Shown here piece after piece: positions 1 to 14,382 of a DNA stretch of 64,000 bases. Numbering within the stretch: position 1 is the stretch's first letter; every line of letters begins with the position of its first letter. The position numbers and the translations under genes were made by a program. The notes under the pieces are model-generated. The model did no database searches, was not told the DNA's origin, and worked only from the letters and a program-made list of their open reading frames with translations. Source of the DNA: the human T2T-CHM13v2.0 reference genome, Homo sapiens; assembly GCF_009914755.1 (NCBI RefSeq), contig NC_060928.1; one strand, written 5' to 3'.

Positions 1-140
1 TATAGATATATATAAATATATATAAAAGGATATATAAAGATATATAAAAGGATATATAAAGATATATTTATAAAAATTATATGATCTATACACATATTGA
101 TATATAGTACATATATATCTTTTAAACCATATTACATATA
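1..140. repeat. (TA)n / AT-rich low-complexity tract
   Basis: Degenerate TATATAAA(G) units seen directly. Confidence 0.85.
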
Positions 141-224
141 CATTTACGTGTGTATATTTTTTAATGTATGCATGGGGAAAAACTGGGAAGCTGTACATCA
201 AAATTTTGTCAGAAGTTTGCTGTT

Positions 225-362
225 TGCCTCAGTTTCTTCATTTAAAAGTTAACATAATAGGACCTACTTCATAAGGTTGTTATAAAGATTAAATAAAATA
301 ATACTTATAATATTTATAAAATGCTTAGAACAATAGCTGGCACAAATGATAGCTATTATTGT
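225..362 (+). mobile_element. MIR fragment
   Basis: MIR core: CCTCAGTTTCTTCAT...ACCTACTTCATAAGGTTGTT...AAAATGCTTAGAACA; boundaries approximate. Confidence 0.7.
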
Positions 363-574
363 TGTTTTATTTTTATGTGTGTTTGATAAAACTTGTTTTC
401 TTTTGTTTCCTTATTTTCCTAATTTTCTATAATCAACATTACTTTTGTAACTGAGTTATTTAAAAAATATATTATCTACTTCTAGGATTCTTTAGTTCCC
501 AAGCTCTGTTATCCAAATTTTAGAAGGATAGATAGGATCCTATCATTCTCCTTTGCAGCACAAACTGATACTGC

Positions 575-725
575 AATTAATTAATTATCTGTTTGAGGGT
601 TGTCTTTTCCAGTAAGCTGAAAGCTCCACTCAGTGGCGCTGTGTTGTCTTCCTGATTTTTGTTTCCTTGTGCCTAATGCTTTTCCTGTTCCAAGTCAGTG
701 CTCAATATTTGTCGAGAGAATGAAA
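575..725 (+). mobile_element. L2 3' end fragment
   Basis: L2-type tail: ...GTGCTCAATATTTGTCGAGAGAATGAA. Confidence 0.55.
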
Positions 726-799
726 GTTAAGTTTATGTTCAAAGCAATTAATAGTCACTTTGTATTTGTGATTTAGTTTTATGTTTTATATCTTTAAAT

Positions 800-890
800 G
801 ATATTATGCCCATTTTGTAGATGAGAAAACTGGGCAAACTCACAACAAGCAAGGGGTGGGTCAGGATTTGAACCCAGGTAGTCTTACTAA
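800..890 (-). mobile_element. MIR fragment
   Basis: CCCATTTTGTAGATGAGAAAACTG and GGATTTGAACCCAGG (B-box in reverse orientation). Confidence 0.7.
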
Positions 891-3343
891 AGTGTACTGC
901 CGCTTATGAGAAAAATGAGGATAAATGACCAAAGCAATACTATATAAGGAATTACATCAATAATATAGGACATATGTGAAATATTTATTGGGATTAAAAA
1001 GATGAAAGCTAAGAGAAATGAAACTGAATATGTGGCACATCTAGCATGCCTTATGGTTGGGTTTGTGTGTGTACACATATCAAATGCTTTTCTTATAATT
1101 TCGCAAATAAGTAAGTTTTATTTGTATCGACTTTAGTCTTATATTTATTTCCTTATCTTTTTGTATTCCTTTTTCTTCATAAAATATATTAAGAAAAAAA
1201 ATTCCTCTATAAATTAGTCCTAACAATATCTTTTTTAGAGGGAGGGGAGCTTTTAAACTAACTGCAATCTAAAGTATTATCAACATGAAGAAGTGCTAAA
1301 TGGAACTTAGTTTTACTTGCCCAACATATAAATGATTAAACTTGGTAACCATCAATCGCTTGCTTCTTCTCTGAATATGAAAGCTGTGGTGAACAAGGTC
1401 TTGCTTCCACTCTCACTCCATTTTTGCAGCCCTTAATCTTTCTTTTTCTTTCTCCAGACTTTTGTGAACAGGGGCGTGGCAGAGTCTAAATATGGTAATG
1501 AACCTCTCACTCTGAAAACAGATTTAAGCAATGAGATGGGGCTTCAACAGTTAGCTAATTCTTCTTATCCTACATCATAGATGCTAATGTCTCAAATGTA
1601 AAACTTGAAAGGCAAGTGTATTCTCTGTGAGAACTCTCTTGTAATAAACTGTAAGTTCTTTTGCTTCTTTCTTTCCTCCTTTCTACCCTCCCTCCCTGCC
1701 TCTCTCCATCCCTTCTTTCTACTGCTTGCAAATATGGGCAGTGTCAATAAACAATTTACTCTGAAGATTGAACAATTGCTGAAAAAAATTAGAGTGGTTG
1801 GAGAATCAGATTCCTGTTACTGATCTCTTTGCTGTTAATTTTCTCTGTGGCTGTTGTGTGATAGCGGAGGAAGCCTTGACTGTAAGTCATAAGGTCTGGA
1901 TTTCAGTCCTAAACTCAATTTCTGTATGGTTCTGTCTCCTTACCTTTAAAACAGTCGCATTAGAAATCTAAGGATCTGTTTAGCTCTAACGCTTCTAATT
2001 TTATTATATATTTTACTACAGATGTGTGTGTGAGTGTGTATACAAGATGACAATGTCAAGATTAACAGTGTTTCACAAAAATAATAGTAAAATCGAGCCT
2101 ACATTGTTTTTCTTCTTTCCCCTTTACCTTGTTTTGCTGTAAACATTTGGGGGAGAGGGTAAGGGTAGTGGGAAGAGATTACTTTGAGAGAATATAATTT
2201 AGTTTATCTTCTGGCACTCTTGTTAATAATTTTTAATTAAGAAAGCAGAGTTGGTATTCAGTAACAAGCTTTATGGATGCAAACTTAATTTGTATGACAG
2301 ATGTAATTTAGATGACCTCAGACTAAACAAAATGGAGATGGTTTTTGGTGGTCCTTAATTACAGAAGCCTGAGGTCTATTTTGCAGAATTTTTCAGTCCA
2401 TTGAACTAATATTTATATCCAGCAAGGACTAAAAAACACATGTATAAAGGTTATCCACATAGCAATCAGGCATTAAATCCTTTCCCCTTACTGGACAAGC
2501 CTTTCACTTATTGTTCCAGGAGGGCCTGGCATGCATCCATTTATTATGGCTTTTTCCTAAGTCATAAATGATATATTGTATTAGCTGCTTTGTACCATTC
2601 TCTTGTCTATTTGTTCACTATGATCTTATCCACAGACTATGGTACATGTATTTTCATTTCCAGTTAATAAGCAGAGGAAGTGAATTTTGCAGTTGACAGA
2701 ACTGCCTAACACAATATTTTCTTTAACTTGGGTAAATTAAACTATCCATTAATTAGGAATTTTTAAAAATGTAAACAGCTTACTTCTTTGTGATCAGGAT
2801 AATAGGAAGTTACTATTAATAATGAATACATGTAATCATTGCTACAGTACATAAAAGATATCCGTAACTCCAAGAGTTTAGGAGCTTATTAACCCTAATT
2901 TTGTCTTTTATGTCCATATTCTCCTCTGTCCCACCCCCCTTCCCCATTGGGACCTCTAAATGGGTGGATATCTAGGGTTTGATGAGCAGGCTAGTTGTAT
3001 GCACATGATAATTGGTATGTGATTCCAGGGTTAAAGTTTAGCATAGAAAAAAAATGAAAAGATTAGCTTGTTTGCAATGAAGAGAGCTGAGGCAGATAAC
3101 AGAATAAATACATGACTTGTAGAGAATGTAAGAGGGAATGTGAGAGGGAGCTAATCAGTGGACTGACCTTACCTTTAAGGAAAATTATCTAATTCAGGTA
3201 GCTCTCCCTCTGAGAGTTGATTATCTTTTAGGAAAAAGTACCTTTCTGAAAAAGGCAGTGTCATATTGACAGTTGACTTTCTTAGACCAAGAGTGTGATA
3301 GGCAAGAATTTATATGAGTTATTACAAAATATTTAAGCAACTG

Positions 3344-3695
3344 TGTATCAGTTAGAATGGGCTACGTTGTGCTGTAGTAACAAATAGCCCCTAACCTTAG
3401 TTGCTTACAATCACAAAGGTGTATCTTTTCCTCATACCACATGTATCTTGGGTTGGCAGGGGCTCTGCTCCACATTGTCCTCATTTGAGGCAGAGCTTCC
3501 ACCATCTGGAATAATGCTGCCTGGCCTGGCAGTAGGAATAAACATGACAAAATATGTTCTGAGTGTGAAAGAGTTCTCCCTAGAAGTGATGCATGTTACT
3601 TTGGCTCACATTTCATTGGCCAAAGCAAGTGTAGGAAAGGGCTGTCCCATCTTGTGCCCAGAAGGAGGAGAACCAGAAATACTGGTGAATTGCAC
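3344..3695 (-). mobile_element. Old MaLR LTR (MLT1K/L-like)
   Basis: TGTATCAGTTAG...TGCTGTAGTAACAAA and GCTCACATTTCATTGGCCAAAGCAAGT, typical of a reverse-oriented MLT1. Confidence 0.65.
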
Positions 3696-4109
3696 CTCTC
3701 AAAACCAAAAAGAGTAAATAATATTTCTGACTACCATTTAGTATCAAGATTTTAAAAGTAATAATTAGGTGAGGAAAAATAGACATAGTGCCTCATTACA
3801 AAAATTATTTAATAAATCGCAGGGTCAGAGCTACCTTTTCTGATTGGTAACCACAAGCAGTCATTCTAAGAAGCGGACTTGGGAATGCATCTGTACACAT
3901 CAGTTGGAGGAACCTTGACAAAACCGAAAAGAGTCTATTAATTCCACATAATCCCTGCAAAAAAGGCTTATTTCCTTTGTCACTGGGTAAAATAATTCAA
4001 CACGAGTACATTGACAGACACAGGACACCACCCCTGCCAAGAATTCAGTTCAACAGACTCCAGTTTGAAAAATATAACCATATAGTCTTTATCATGAGTG
4101 ATGGTTGTC

Positions 4110-4260
4110 TTATAATGCCCATTTTACACATGAGGAGCCGAAGCTTTAAGACATTATGTCACCTTTCCCAAGTTACACAGCTCAGAAGTGACAGAGCCTT
4201 GCCTAGAACCCATGTTCCTCTGACATCAAAGTGCATGCTCTCATCCATATACTCTGCTAC
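4110..4260 (-). mobile_element. MIR fragment
   Basis: CCCATTTTACACATGAGGAGCCGAAG...CCCAAGTTACACAGCT. Confidence 0.7.
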
Positions 4261-5059
4261 CTTGCAACAAGACTGGCACAGAGAAATACCTGAACCCGGG
4301 GTGGTTCAGGAAACAGTGACTGGGAGAGAGTTAGTGTAGCTGAGTCAGCTGGACCCAGGAGAGGAGGCAATGATCTTGTCACTCTGCAAGTAATCATGCT
4401 CATAATCTTAGTAGAACAAAGAAGTTGTTTTTAAATTAGTGATTTTCTGGGCTCAGGTTCCAGAAACTCAGTTGCCTTTCCTGAACTTTGAGAGGGGTTT
4501 GTTGCCTTTCCTCGGCTTTGAGAGGGGCTTGTTGAGCGGGAGACAGGAATATCCCAGAACACAAACACCAGAGCCTTTCGTGGAAAGGAGCCCATGTCAA
4601 CAGAGTCTGCATCCCCATGCCTGCCTGTGGTGGGGTGGAGGATGGGGTCGGCTTTCAGGAGCTGGAGCACTGGGGAGTGAGCAAGCTGTGATGCTGTTAG
4701 CCTGCCGCCTGTCCTAAGTGCAGCCCAAGTCAGAGCAGAGGTGCAGATGGCCAGGGCTTGTGAGGATTCTTGTAAATTGAAGACTGTCTATAATTTGATT
4801 AAGGCGCAGACAGCTAACGGATCTTTAAAGGAGTGTTTAAATCAAATCACCAAACAAGGAAGGTGGAATCTGGGGAGAATTAGAAGGCAAACGTGGTGGT
4901 GTTCTCATCAATCAGATGCAGCTGTCCATGCACTATTTCTAACTTACAAATAAATTAAGTTTATACAGGAAACTGGGAGCATATCAGATCAGCTAATTTT
5001 GGAATTCATAAGTGTAAAAATCTAATTTTGCTTAAAATTAACTACTAAACAGTGACAGG

Positions 5060-5200
5060 TACAATGCCAAGTTCTTAGGCAGTTGTTTTGAATCCATATA
5101 CAACCTTATGAGGTAGGTATGATAATTCTATTTTAGAGGTAAGCTGACTGAAACCTGAAGAGATTATGTAATTTCCCCAAAGTTATAAAGCTAGAAAGTA
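5060..5200 (-). mobile_element. MIR fragment
   Basis: CAACCTTATGAGGTAGGTA...CCCAAAGTTATAAAGCTAG. Confidence 0.6.
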
Positions 5201-8200
5201 GTAATGTTCTTCAAACATGTGCTTTCTTTTAAAATGCACTTCCTTAGGTGATTGTGCTCAGTGGATCAATTATTCTTTTAAGTTGAAGAATAACAGCTTT
5301 TCTTAAGATCCCTACTCAACCCATATTTTCTAGACAACCTTTGCCAGTTAACTCTGGTATGAAGCTGATGCAGAAACAACAAATCAGTATGATTTTCTCT
5401 TGCATGATTCATTCTTGTGAATGGGTATTGCATGCTTGTTGGGTCCATATTTTCTTCACATAATATTTTATTCTCTTTGGGGGTAGGAACCATAACTAAA
5501 CAGTTATTTAACCCCCATTATTCTTAATGTTATGCCCTTCAATGAATAGCTGATTTTATGAAGCGTAGTTACTTTATGATTAGGCTTTTTATGTCGCTCA
5601 TTAAGAGATGACTTATGACCAAAATTTTAATGGAAATCTTTGCTTTGGGATCCTGCTATCACCTAAGGTGCTTACAATTTGTTCTGAGTTATGCTACAAA
5701 ATGACTACAATTATTTACCTATATTTCCATAAGCTTAAAGTTTGGAAAAGCGAAGCATGCAGGCATCTGGACCAAAGCTGCAGAGAGAAGATGACTGAAA
5801 TGTGCACAAATGAAACTTACAAGTGTATTGTTTTCAGACCATTAGAAGGTATATATTTAATATAGATATATATAATAGAGTTTAGAACATTAATATATAA
5901 AATGAAAATAAGTGGGTGCAGTTTCTAGTAACTACCCAGAGAGCTAGGGGGAAGCAGCAGAAAGCATGCAGGGCAAAGACTGTTCCTTAGGCTTGAGTTC
6001 ACAGCCAGGTGTTTCACTAATAGCTGTGTTACCTTCAGCAATTTATATAATCACTTTGAAACTTACTTAAAAATATTTACTACATGTTGTATGTCATTTG
6101 TAACTGCAGTGTTCTTCTTTGGATGAAATGTGTGTTAAACATCTAGACCTAAGCATGCATGCAGTGAACAATGATTACTATTATTACTACTGAAGCCCAA
6201 CACAGGCTGTTTTGATGTCAGTGAATACAGTGCAGATGTCATCTTTTCCGTATTTCTGGAGAACAGATTTTGGCAAATAGGAGAACCTTAAGATATTCAT
6301 TAACCTATGACAAGATTTAAAATATTTCGTTCTACTTAGTGCTCTGAGCACTCTTCCCTCCTTGACCCCTGCCATTTTGTAATATGCGCTTCCTAATGTA
6401 TACATGCAAACCCACAATTATCACTTTCTTCATTTTTCTGTTCAAATTAGAAATCAGAGTAGGGAAAGATGGGAGATGGACAAAAGTGTTTGTAGGTTGT
6501 GGGTAATTTCTCGCAGAGGATCAGGTCTGTGCCATCTGTCATGGATACCTGGGCATTAGCAGTCTGTAAGGCTGCTTGAGGGGCTGGCAGCTGCCTTGCC
6601 TATTTACAAAAAAAACAGCACTTTGGAGAAGCCATATGTATATATATGATTCCAAGTTATATCTTGAACATGTCTGCTTTCTACATATCATTCATTTGTG
6701 AGAGTTGATATAACATTTTAACTGTTTGGATTAAAGTTGAACATGTTTTTTTTTTATGTTTGGATAATGAAAAGTAACAGAAATTGGTAATTAAAGCTGG
6801 GTGGGCCCTGATGAAGGAAGAGACAGACAGATCAATGAGCCAGAACAGAATCCGGAAGGAAATTCAATTACATCATAAATGAGTAACTGCCCTGATTCAA
6901 TGAAGGGGTTGCACACAGAAAACTTTTTATTTTCCCTCAACATTTCATTCAAACAAGCTCTGCCATCTCTTTTTCCTGGCCCTGGCTATCATCTCAAGTC
7001 ATCTTATAGCTTTTAAATCCCTGTTTTTGGTAATCAAATGGTCTCATTTTCAGATATTAAAAAGTCTAGGCCATATATATCAAAACGTTATTGTTATATG
7101 CAGTTTAATGGCTTTGTCTCCTTTCAGCTCAGGTCTGACCTATGATTGCCTCTGCCCCATATTCTCCTTGTTTTTAGATGTTTAGACTTTCTATGGTTGA
7201 GGGAATGAGGCTAGTGAGTAGAGAGATAGAGGCAAAGGCATTTTCACCTATTGCTTTTGGTGCTTTCCTGGCTATCAAATGTCCTCTTCATCTCAGGCCT
7301 TCAGATGCTGCCTCTTCTCTGATGCCACTGGAGTTCTTTGAAGATCTCCCCTGGGATTTCTCCTATTAACTTTCAGAGTCCCCCTCACCCCTGAGCTTTT
7401 ACCCTAGGAGGTACAGCTCCAGCCATTTACTGTTGGGGTCCTTTTGCACCAGCAGGCAGCAGTGTTCTTGGGCTGTGCCTGTCAAGTGAAGATGACATAA
7501 GCCTAGATATCTGCTTGAATTGTTTCGCTGATTTCATCTTGAAAGAAGGGGCTGGTATCTCTCCAGGTAAGTAAAACTTGCAAACATCTCCAAAGTGGTT
7601 CACTTGGTCCCTTCTTTTCCTGCATGGCTTCACTTAGGAAAAACACCAATAAAGCATTCTCTTCCTAAAATTTTCTGTAAATAAACTGTCCTCTTAAGGA
7701 GTCTATAAGCTTTTCTAATATGGGATAGGTGTTTAGAATATGTTCAGTAGCTGGGTTTTGTAATCTTTTAATTGCTGTGGAGATGATGGATCTATTGATT
7801 ATTTTTGGAACTAATGTGGATGCTACTGACTTGTTAACTCAGTTTGGGGCCTCAGCTTAAATTCTGAGCCAACACAAAAGAGTTTAATTCCACATTCTTT
7901 TTCAAATGTAATCAAACATGTTGGGGAAATATCTCTGTAAATGACATTGGAATATCTTGCTAACCATTTAGAACAAAAATAATTGATCTCTATTTGGGTA
8001 CCACACACAAAAATAAATCTGAGATGGATTAAAGATTAAAATGACAAAACTGCTAGTAAAACAAGATATTGTCATCTTGGTCTGGAATAAGCCTTTCTAA
8101 ATTTGATGCCAAAGGTAAGAAACAAACAGGAAAAAGAATGCCCAATTAGCATTCGTAACAATTAAAAAGTTTCACATGGCATGCACACAACACAAAAGAC

Positions 8201-8713
8201 AAATTTTATAGTGGAGAAATAATTTGCAAAAAGGGTTACTATTCTCAATATATAATGAGATATCATTAAGAAAAATATAAATATGAGAAAAATGAAGGAA
8301 TTTAGAAGTAGGCAACTCAAAAGAGAAGAAATGCAGTTGATCAATAAACATAATTAGATGTTCAGTCTTGCAAATAATTCACTTTTTTGGTCTGCTTGGA
8401 ATGCTTTCCCCTTTTCTTCACAATTTTTGTAAACCTGATTCCTTTTCACAAGGGTCTTCAGTCTAATGTCCCTCATCTCTGTAACTCCATGCTTCACTTC
8501 TTACCTGCCTCTCTCTATTTGAATATAAGCTTTTTGAGGTCAGATACCTAATCTATGCCTTTTTTCCCCCAGTGCCTATTTAGTGCTTGGCCATAGTAGA
8601 CTCTCAAATGTTTGTTGAGTAAATGTGTAAATAAATGAAGGAACTGATAGAACGTAAATGGAAACAATTACATACAGTATTTTCCTATTGTATTAAGAAA
8701 GGTTAAAAAGTAA

Positions 8714-9089
<376 letters not shown>

Positions 9090-9151
9090 TTAGCACAGTA
9101 TTTCGGTAGGAAAATTTGGCAAGTTGAATCAAATTTTAAAATGTGTGCCTC

Positions 9152-9500
<349 letters not shown>

Positions 9501-9903
9501 CTAAGAAAATTACTGAACTAATGTACAGAGATACATTTGGTTGTGTAACAAAGTATTGTTTATGATAGGGAAAAATTACTAGCAAATGAGATGTTCATTG
9601 ATAATCAGGAAATTGATATTTTGTAAAACATTCAAACAAATGAATATACTTAGTTGTTAAAAATGATGTTATAGATCTGTGTTTATTGACATAAAAAGGT
9701 ATTTGTGATATAGGAGAAAAAAATTATACTGAGCAGGAGTTATTTTGATAACTAGCTGGTATAAAAAAGGTTTTTAAAAAGATCATAATTTCCTTTTCCA
9801 GTGTTATTTAATGATTCAAATGAAAAGAAAACAGTTGAAGTAATTTCTTTGTAAATTCCTTTTCCTTCTAATTTGTTTTTCTGATTATTTTCTTCATTCT
9901 TGT

Positions 9904-9922
9904 TACTGCCACCTAGTGGATG
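9904..9922 (-). promoter_or_regulatory. CTCF-binding motif
   Basis: Minus strand reads TCCACTAGGTGGCAGTA, a close match to the CTCF core CCAC(C/T)AG(A/G)(T/G)GGC(A/G)(G/C). Confidence 0.6.
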
Positions 9923-10009
9923 ATGATTGGTTTGCTTTTTTATTGTTCGAGATTATGGTTTATTTTTTCCCCGAAGGTAGCTCTTTCTAAGGGTTTAAAA
10001 AAAAAATCA

Positions 10010-10788
10010 CCAGTGGTGTGCTAGTAAACATTTTACTTCCAGCTATCCAAAGGCATTGTGTACATAAGTATACATTCATAAACTTCTAATAAGCTTTACT
10101 TATAAAGGATGCACACAATTTATGTAGAGGGAGCACATATTTTACGAGTAATAAGAAAACAGAAAATACTCTTTATTTAAATTATAAATAGCTAATTGAT
10201 TATAACAAATTGCTTTCATTGCTTTTTGCTGAACTCCTGTATCTGTAGCAAACCTGTGGCTGCAGTTCAACCATGATTTGACACATGGAGCTGTATGCCA
10301 ATTTATTAACCCTTTACCAAATATCATTAAATCTGACGTGTGATGTACCATTGGACTATTTCTCACCATTGTACAAATTATCTTCATTGAACTCAAATCT
10401 CTTTCAGCTTTAGCACTAAACCAAACCCTTCTTTATAGTGCTTGTAACTTTATGTTATGCAAATATTCCCACTAACGTTGATGTCAATCTACCAATGTGA
10501 AAACACAGAACCTGGATTTGGGGACAGATGCACAGTAGCACTCCATTATGTAGTATTTTCACTTTGCATATGTGATAGACATAATAGCTTCAAAGCATAG
10601 ATAACGGTAAAATGTAGTAAATGTAGTAAAATAAATAGGGAGTGATGTTTAAAATGTATATTTCACTATTTTTAATATAACTTGTTTGACTATAAGTTTA
10701 TATAACTTAACTATTAAAACTGGCTTGCAAAATTGAAAATTTAACAGTTGGCTTTCACAATCTTGCATGAGCAAATGCCACACCACTG
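10010..10788. mobile_element. MER63-family (hAT-Blackjack) DNA transposon fossil
   Basis: Inverted termini CAGTGGTGTG ... CACACCACTG. Confidence 0.7.
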
Positions 10789-10929
10789 AATATAGCTGTT
10801 ATCTTTGCTTTTTGAGTTGTCTTTATTGTTCTGGGGAAGCTGCAGAGCCATGAAAGAGACCATTCTTTGAGCTCTAATTTGTATCTGAGCAGCATATTAT
10901 GACATGTTTTATTGTTATCTGTCGTTGGT

Positions 10930-10982
10930 ACATGTTAAGGAAGAGTAATACCATGATGTAATCCTACTCTTCCTTAACATGT
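10930..10982. repeat. Perfect 18-bp inverted repeat with 17-nt spacer
   Basis: ACATGTTAAGGAAGAGTA (10930-10947) and TACTCTTCCTTAACATGT (10965-10982). Confidence 0.95.
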
Positions 10983-11149
10983 GTGTTTTAAGCCTTTGAG
11001 CATCTTTTTAAATAAAAGGATGAACATGTGAAATATATATGCAAAGTTCTAAATTATTGAGCAAAATTATTATCATACAATTACTTCAACTAAAATATCT
11101 CTTAGAGATACTTTTATAAAATAATCCAGAAGGATTTACCTTTTAATAT

Positions 11150-11540
11150 GCTTCCTCATATTGTCTCATCTGACCCTCCTACAAATCTGTAAGGGGCATA
11201 TTATTATTTTCATCTTACAGGTTAGGAAATGGGGAAACAGAGAGGTAAAGTGACTTGACCAAGTCAAGAGAGATTAGGAGATTATATTAGTAATGATAAT
11301 AACAGCAGCAACAGCATCACTACAGAAATTGTTGACAAAGTACCCAGGATATGCCAAGCACTATTCTAAATACACTGCGGTTATTGTTTCATTTAATCCC
11401 ATGAAACATACCATAAATCTCCACTTTTCAAGTAAGAAACCCAGACCAGAGAGGTAGAGCAATTTGCTCAAGGTTACATAAGTGGGGACACTGGGGTTCA
11501 AAGCCAGATATATCTGATTCCAGAACTTAACTCCCAGAGG
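11150..11540 (-). mobile_element. Two MIR fragments
   Basis: CATCTTACAGGTTAGGAAATGGGGAAACAGAGAGGTAAAGTGACTTG and TTGCTCAAGGTTACATAAGTGGGGACACTGGGGTTCAAAGCCAG. Confidence 0.65.
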
Positions 11541-12514
11541 CACTATAATCTCCTGCCTCTCATTATTAATCTGGATTTCCACTATATTCTGCATTCACAG
11601 ATGCAGGTCTAGAAATGCAGTTTAAGTTTATCCATTGTTTAGGCAAGCATAATTTATAGCTTGAATATTGTAAAAATAATTATTCATGTTTCTATTTTGC
11701 ATAGTTCTAGAAGGAAATAAAGTTCTGTTTTAAGGTGTTTGCTTCTGTGCAAGATGCACAGGCCAGAGTCTCTTATGACATTCGAAGTAGGGAGATGTTA
11801 ATGATGAGGACAGCCCTGCCTATTGTTCCCAAGTCTCCAGAGACTTCCAAGGCTTCCAGTCCTTACACAATTGTTGGGAGAATCCCATTACTTGTTTGTG
11901 GAGAGGATTACATACGTTTGGTTTGCATTAATTGCAGAGCTTTGCCGTTAGCATTACTCATATGAGACTCTTTCAGATAGTTATTAATTTCCATTTAAGG
12001 AAATTAAACTTTTGACATTCTCTAGAGGTCTAATTATTGACTGGCTGTTTCCTGACTCTACTCTGGCAGAGGTAGTTCTTTTGCCTTGTCGGCACTAAAT
12101 CTTGACTCCTGAATTTTGACGAGGATTATTACCAGGTGCTTGGTGGTTTAATAAGCATCTCATATATGGTGAAAATAAACAAACCAGTCATAGAGATTTT
12201 ATTGACATTGTGCAAAAATCCCAGTTTTTCAGTTTTTTAGGCAGTTGAAGTCACATAAACAGATTATTTATTTATTTATTTCTTCTCTGTCTCCCCCCGC
12301 CCCCGTCTTTCTTTCTTATAAATGTAAAGGCAGAAAAAAAAGAATTTAGAATATATGATAGACTGGTACTTTATAGACTCAGAAAAATGCAGAACTATTT
12401 CTATTTTAAACTCAAACAAGATTTTAGTACCTAATGGTCATCACTGTGTGAACAATTTAATCCCTTTTTCATAGAATTAAATTTGCCAGTGGATATTGTT
12501 GTCCCACCCCTGTA

Positions 12515-12630
12515 TCCTTCCCTTTCTTCTTCCTTTGTCCCTTCATTTCTCCTCCCCTCCCCTCCCATCCCTCCCTCCCTCCCTTCCTTCCTTCCTTCCT
12601 TGCTTCCTTCCTACCTTCCTTCCTTCCTTT
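12515..12630. repeat. (CCTT/CCCT)n polypyrimidine microsatellite
   Basis: Seen directly. Confidence 0.9.
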
Positions 12631-14382
12631 TCAATAACATGTCAGTCCTGGTATTAGTTCCCTCTACAGAGTTAGCAGGGCAAAAAGCTCTTTCATTAAG
12701 TTATTTTCTGAACCAAGGCAAGATGTTATTTGGACTCTATTTATACCATTTACTGTTTGTGGAAACAATGAGATAAGTATTTAATGAAAAGGATTGTGCA
12801 GCAGAAATGTGACAGCTCATATCCATTACATAGTTCGAGTATAAGCACACTACTACAAACTCTAAATTGTTAGACAGATGGTGGCTTTTGGGCTTCATTC
12901 AACAGAAAATAGCACTAATTCTCTAAACTAGCAATTCCTGGGTTTTACTACTCATTGATTTCTTAATAGATTTAATTTTATTTCACCATTAACCAACACT
13001 TATTTCTAAATAAATAAGAATAGCAAAATATAAATATATTCTTTGACAAGGTCTTTTTAAATTAGAAAAGTTTTGGTTTTAGAAATGGCAAAGTTCAGAG
13101 AATTATCTGGTAGTCTCTCCATTTTGTAGTAATCATCATACAGTATTATAAATGGAGTTTGCTTGCTGATATAAGTGTAAACTGGAATAATACTTTTGGA
13201 AAATAATTTGGAAATATATATTAAAAGCATGAAAAAATATACAGGCAATAATCAACATCTATGAATCAGTTATAGGGAAATAATGCCAAATTTGTAAAAA
13301 ACTGCATGACCAAATATGTTTGTTATTGTAAAATATGTACATCTTTGGCAAGAGGTGTACAGTTAGAGTAACTATGCCCACATTACAACTATGTTAACAA
13401 GAGGCAATAAAATGGAAATGACAATGTAAGTGAAAAATAGGATGAAAATTATTCTTTGATATAAATCACATAAAGTTCATGAAAAACAAGCTACAGCTTA
13501 AACTATTTGTGGAAGAAAATATTCAATATGCTAATAGTTGCTGTGATCTACATACTTTTTATCTTTTTTAATTTAAAAAGGTCAATTATTACTTTTATAA
13601 TAAAAATATGAAAAATAATAAGTGACATTGCAGACCAAAAACTAGACATCAAAGTAACCTAGGCCTAAGGATTGCAAAAATCATCTTTTACTTCTAGTAT
13701 AATTAAAGATTATGCTCGAGGCAAAAGTGTTAATAGTGAAAAGACTAGAACTTTTGAGATTATATAGTCTAAATTTCCATTTGGCATGTAGATATGAGAG
13801 CGTTAATAGTAATGAAGACTAACACCTTAGCCTTTTAATTCTCAGTTCAAAATCTTTTAAACCATAAAACATTTTATTGTTTAAAAAAGGTTGTTTTTTT
13901 TTTTAAATGAATGTGAATTTATTGTGGACTTGATTGCTTAAAGAACTGTCAGTTTACACCCGGGTATTCAGAAAGCCTAATATGATGGGATTCTAGTCTA
14001 CAGTGTCATGAATGTTACTTATTGAAAACAAATATGCTATATGTTGTAATATGCCAGGAATAATAAAATGTTATGCATATAATTACCAATATTTATGTGC
14101 TAATCTTTGATAATTAGTAGGGTTAGGGAGAGAAGGTAAAATGAAGGATTAGTATCCCTATTTTGGAAGCTTGTATGGATGTCATCTTGTTTTCTAAACA
14201 AATTTTCTTATAGCAAGTATAGGGATTCATTTATTCACTTATTTAATGCGTGCTTATCAATCACCTACTATGTGCCAGTTACTGTGCTTACTGCCAGGAA
14301 GTAATGGTAACCAAAACCACAAAAATCATTAAAGTAATTTCTTTTCTGCTCTTGCCCCTGAGGTGAGACATCACATTTTATA

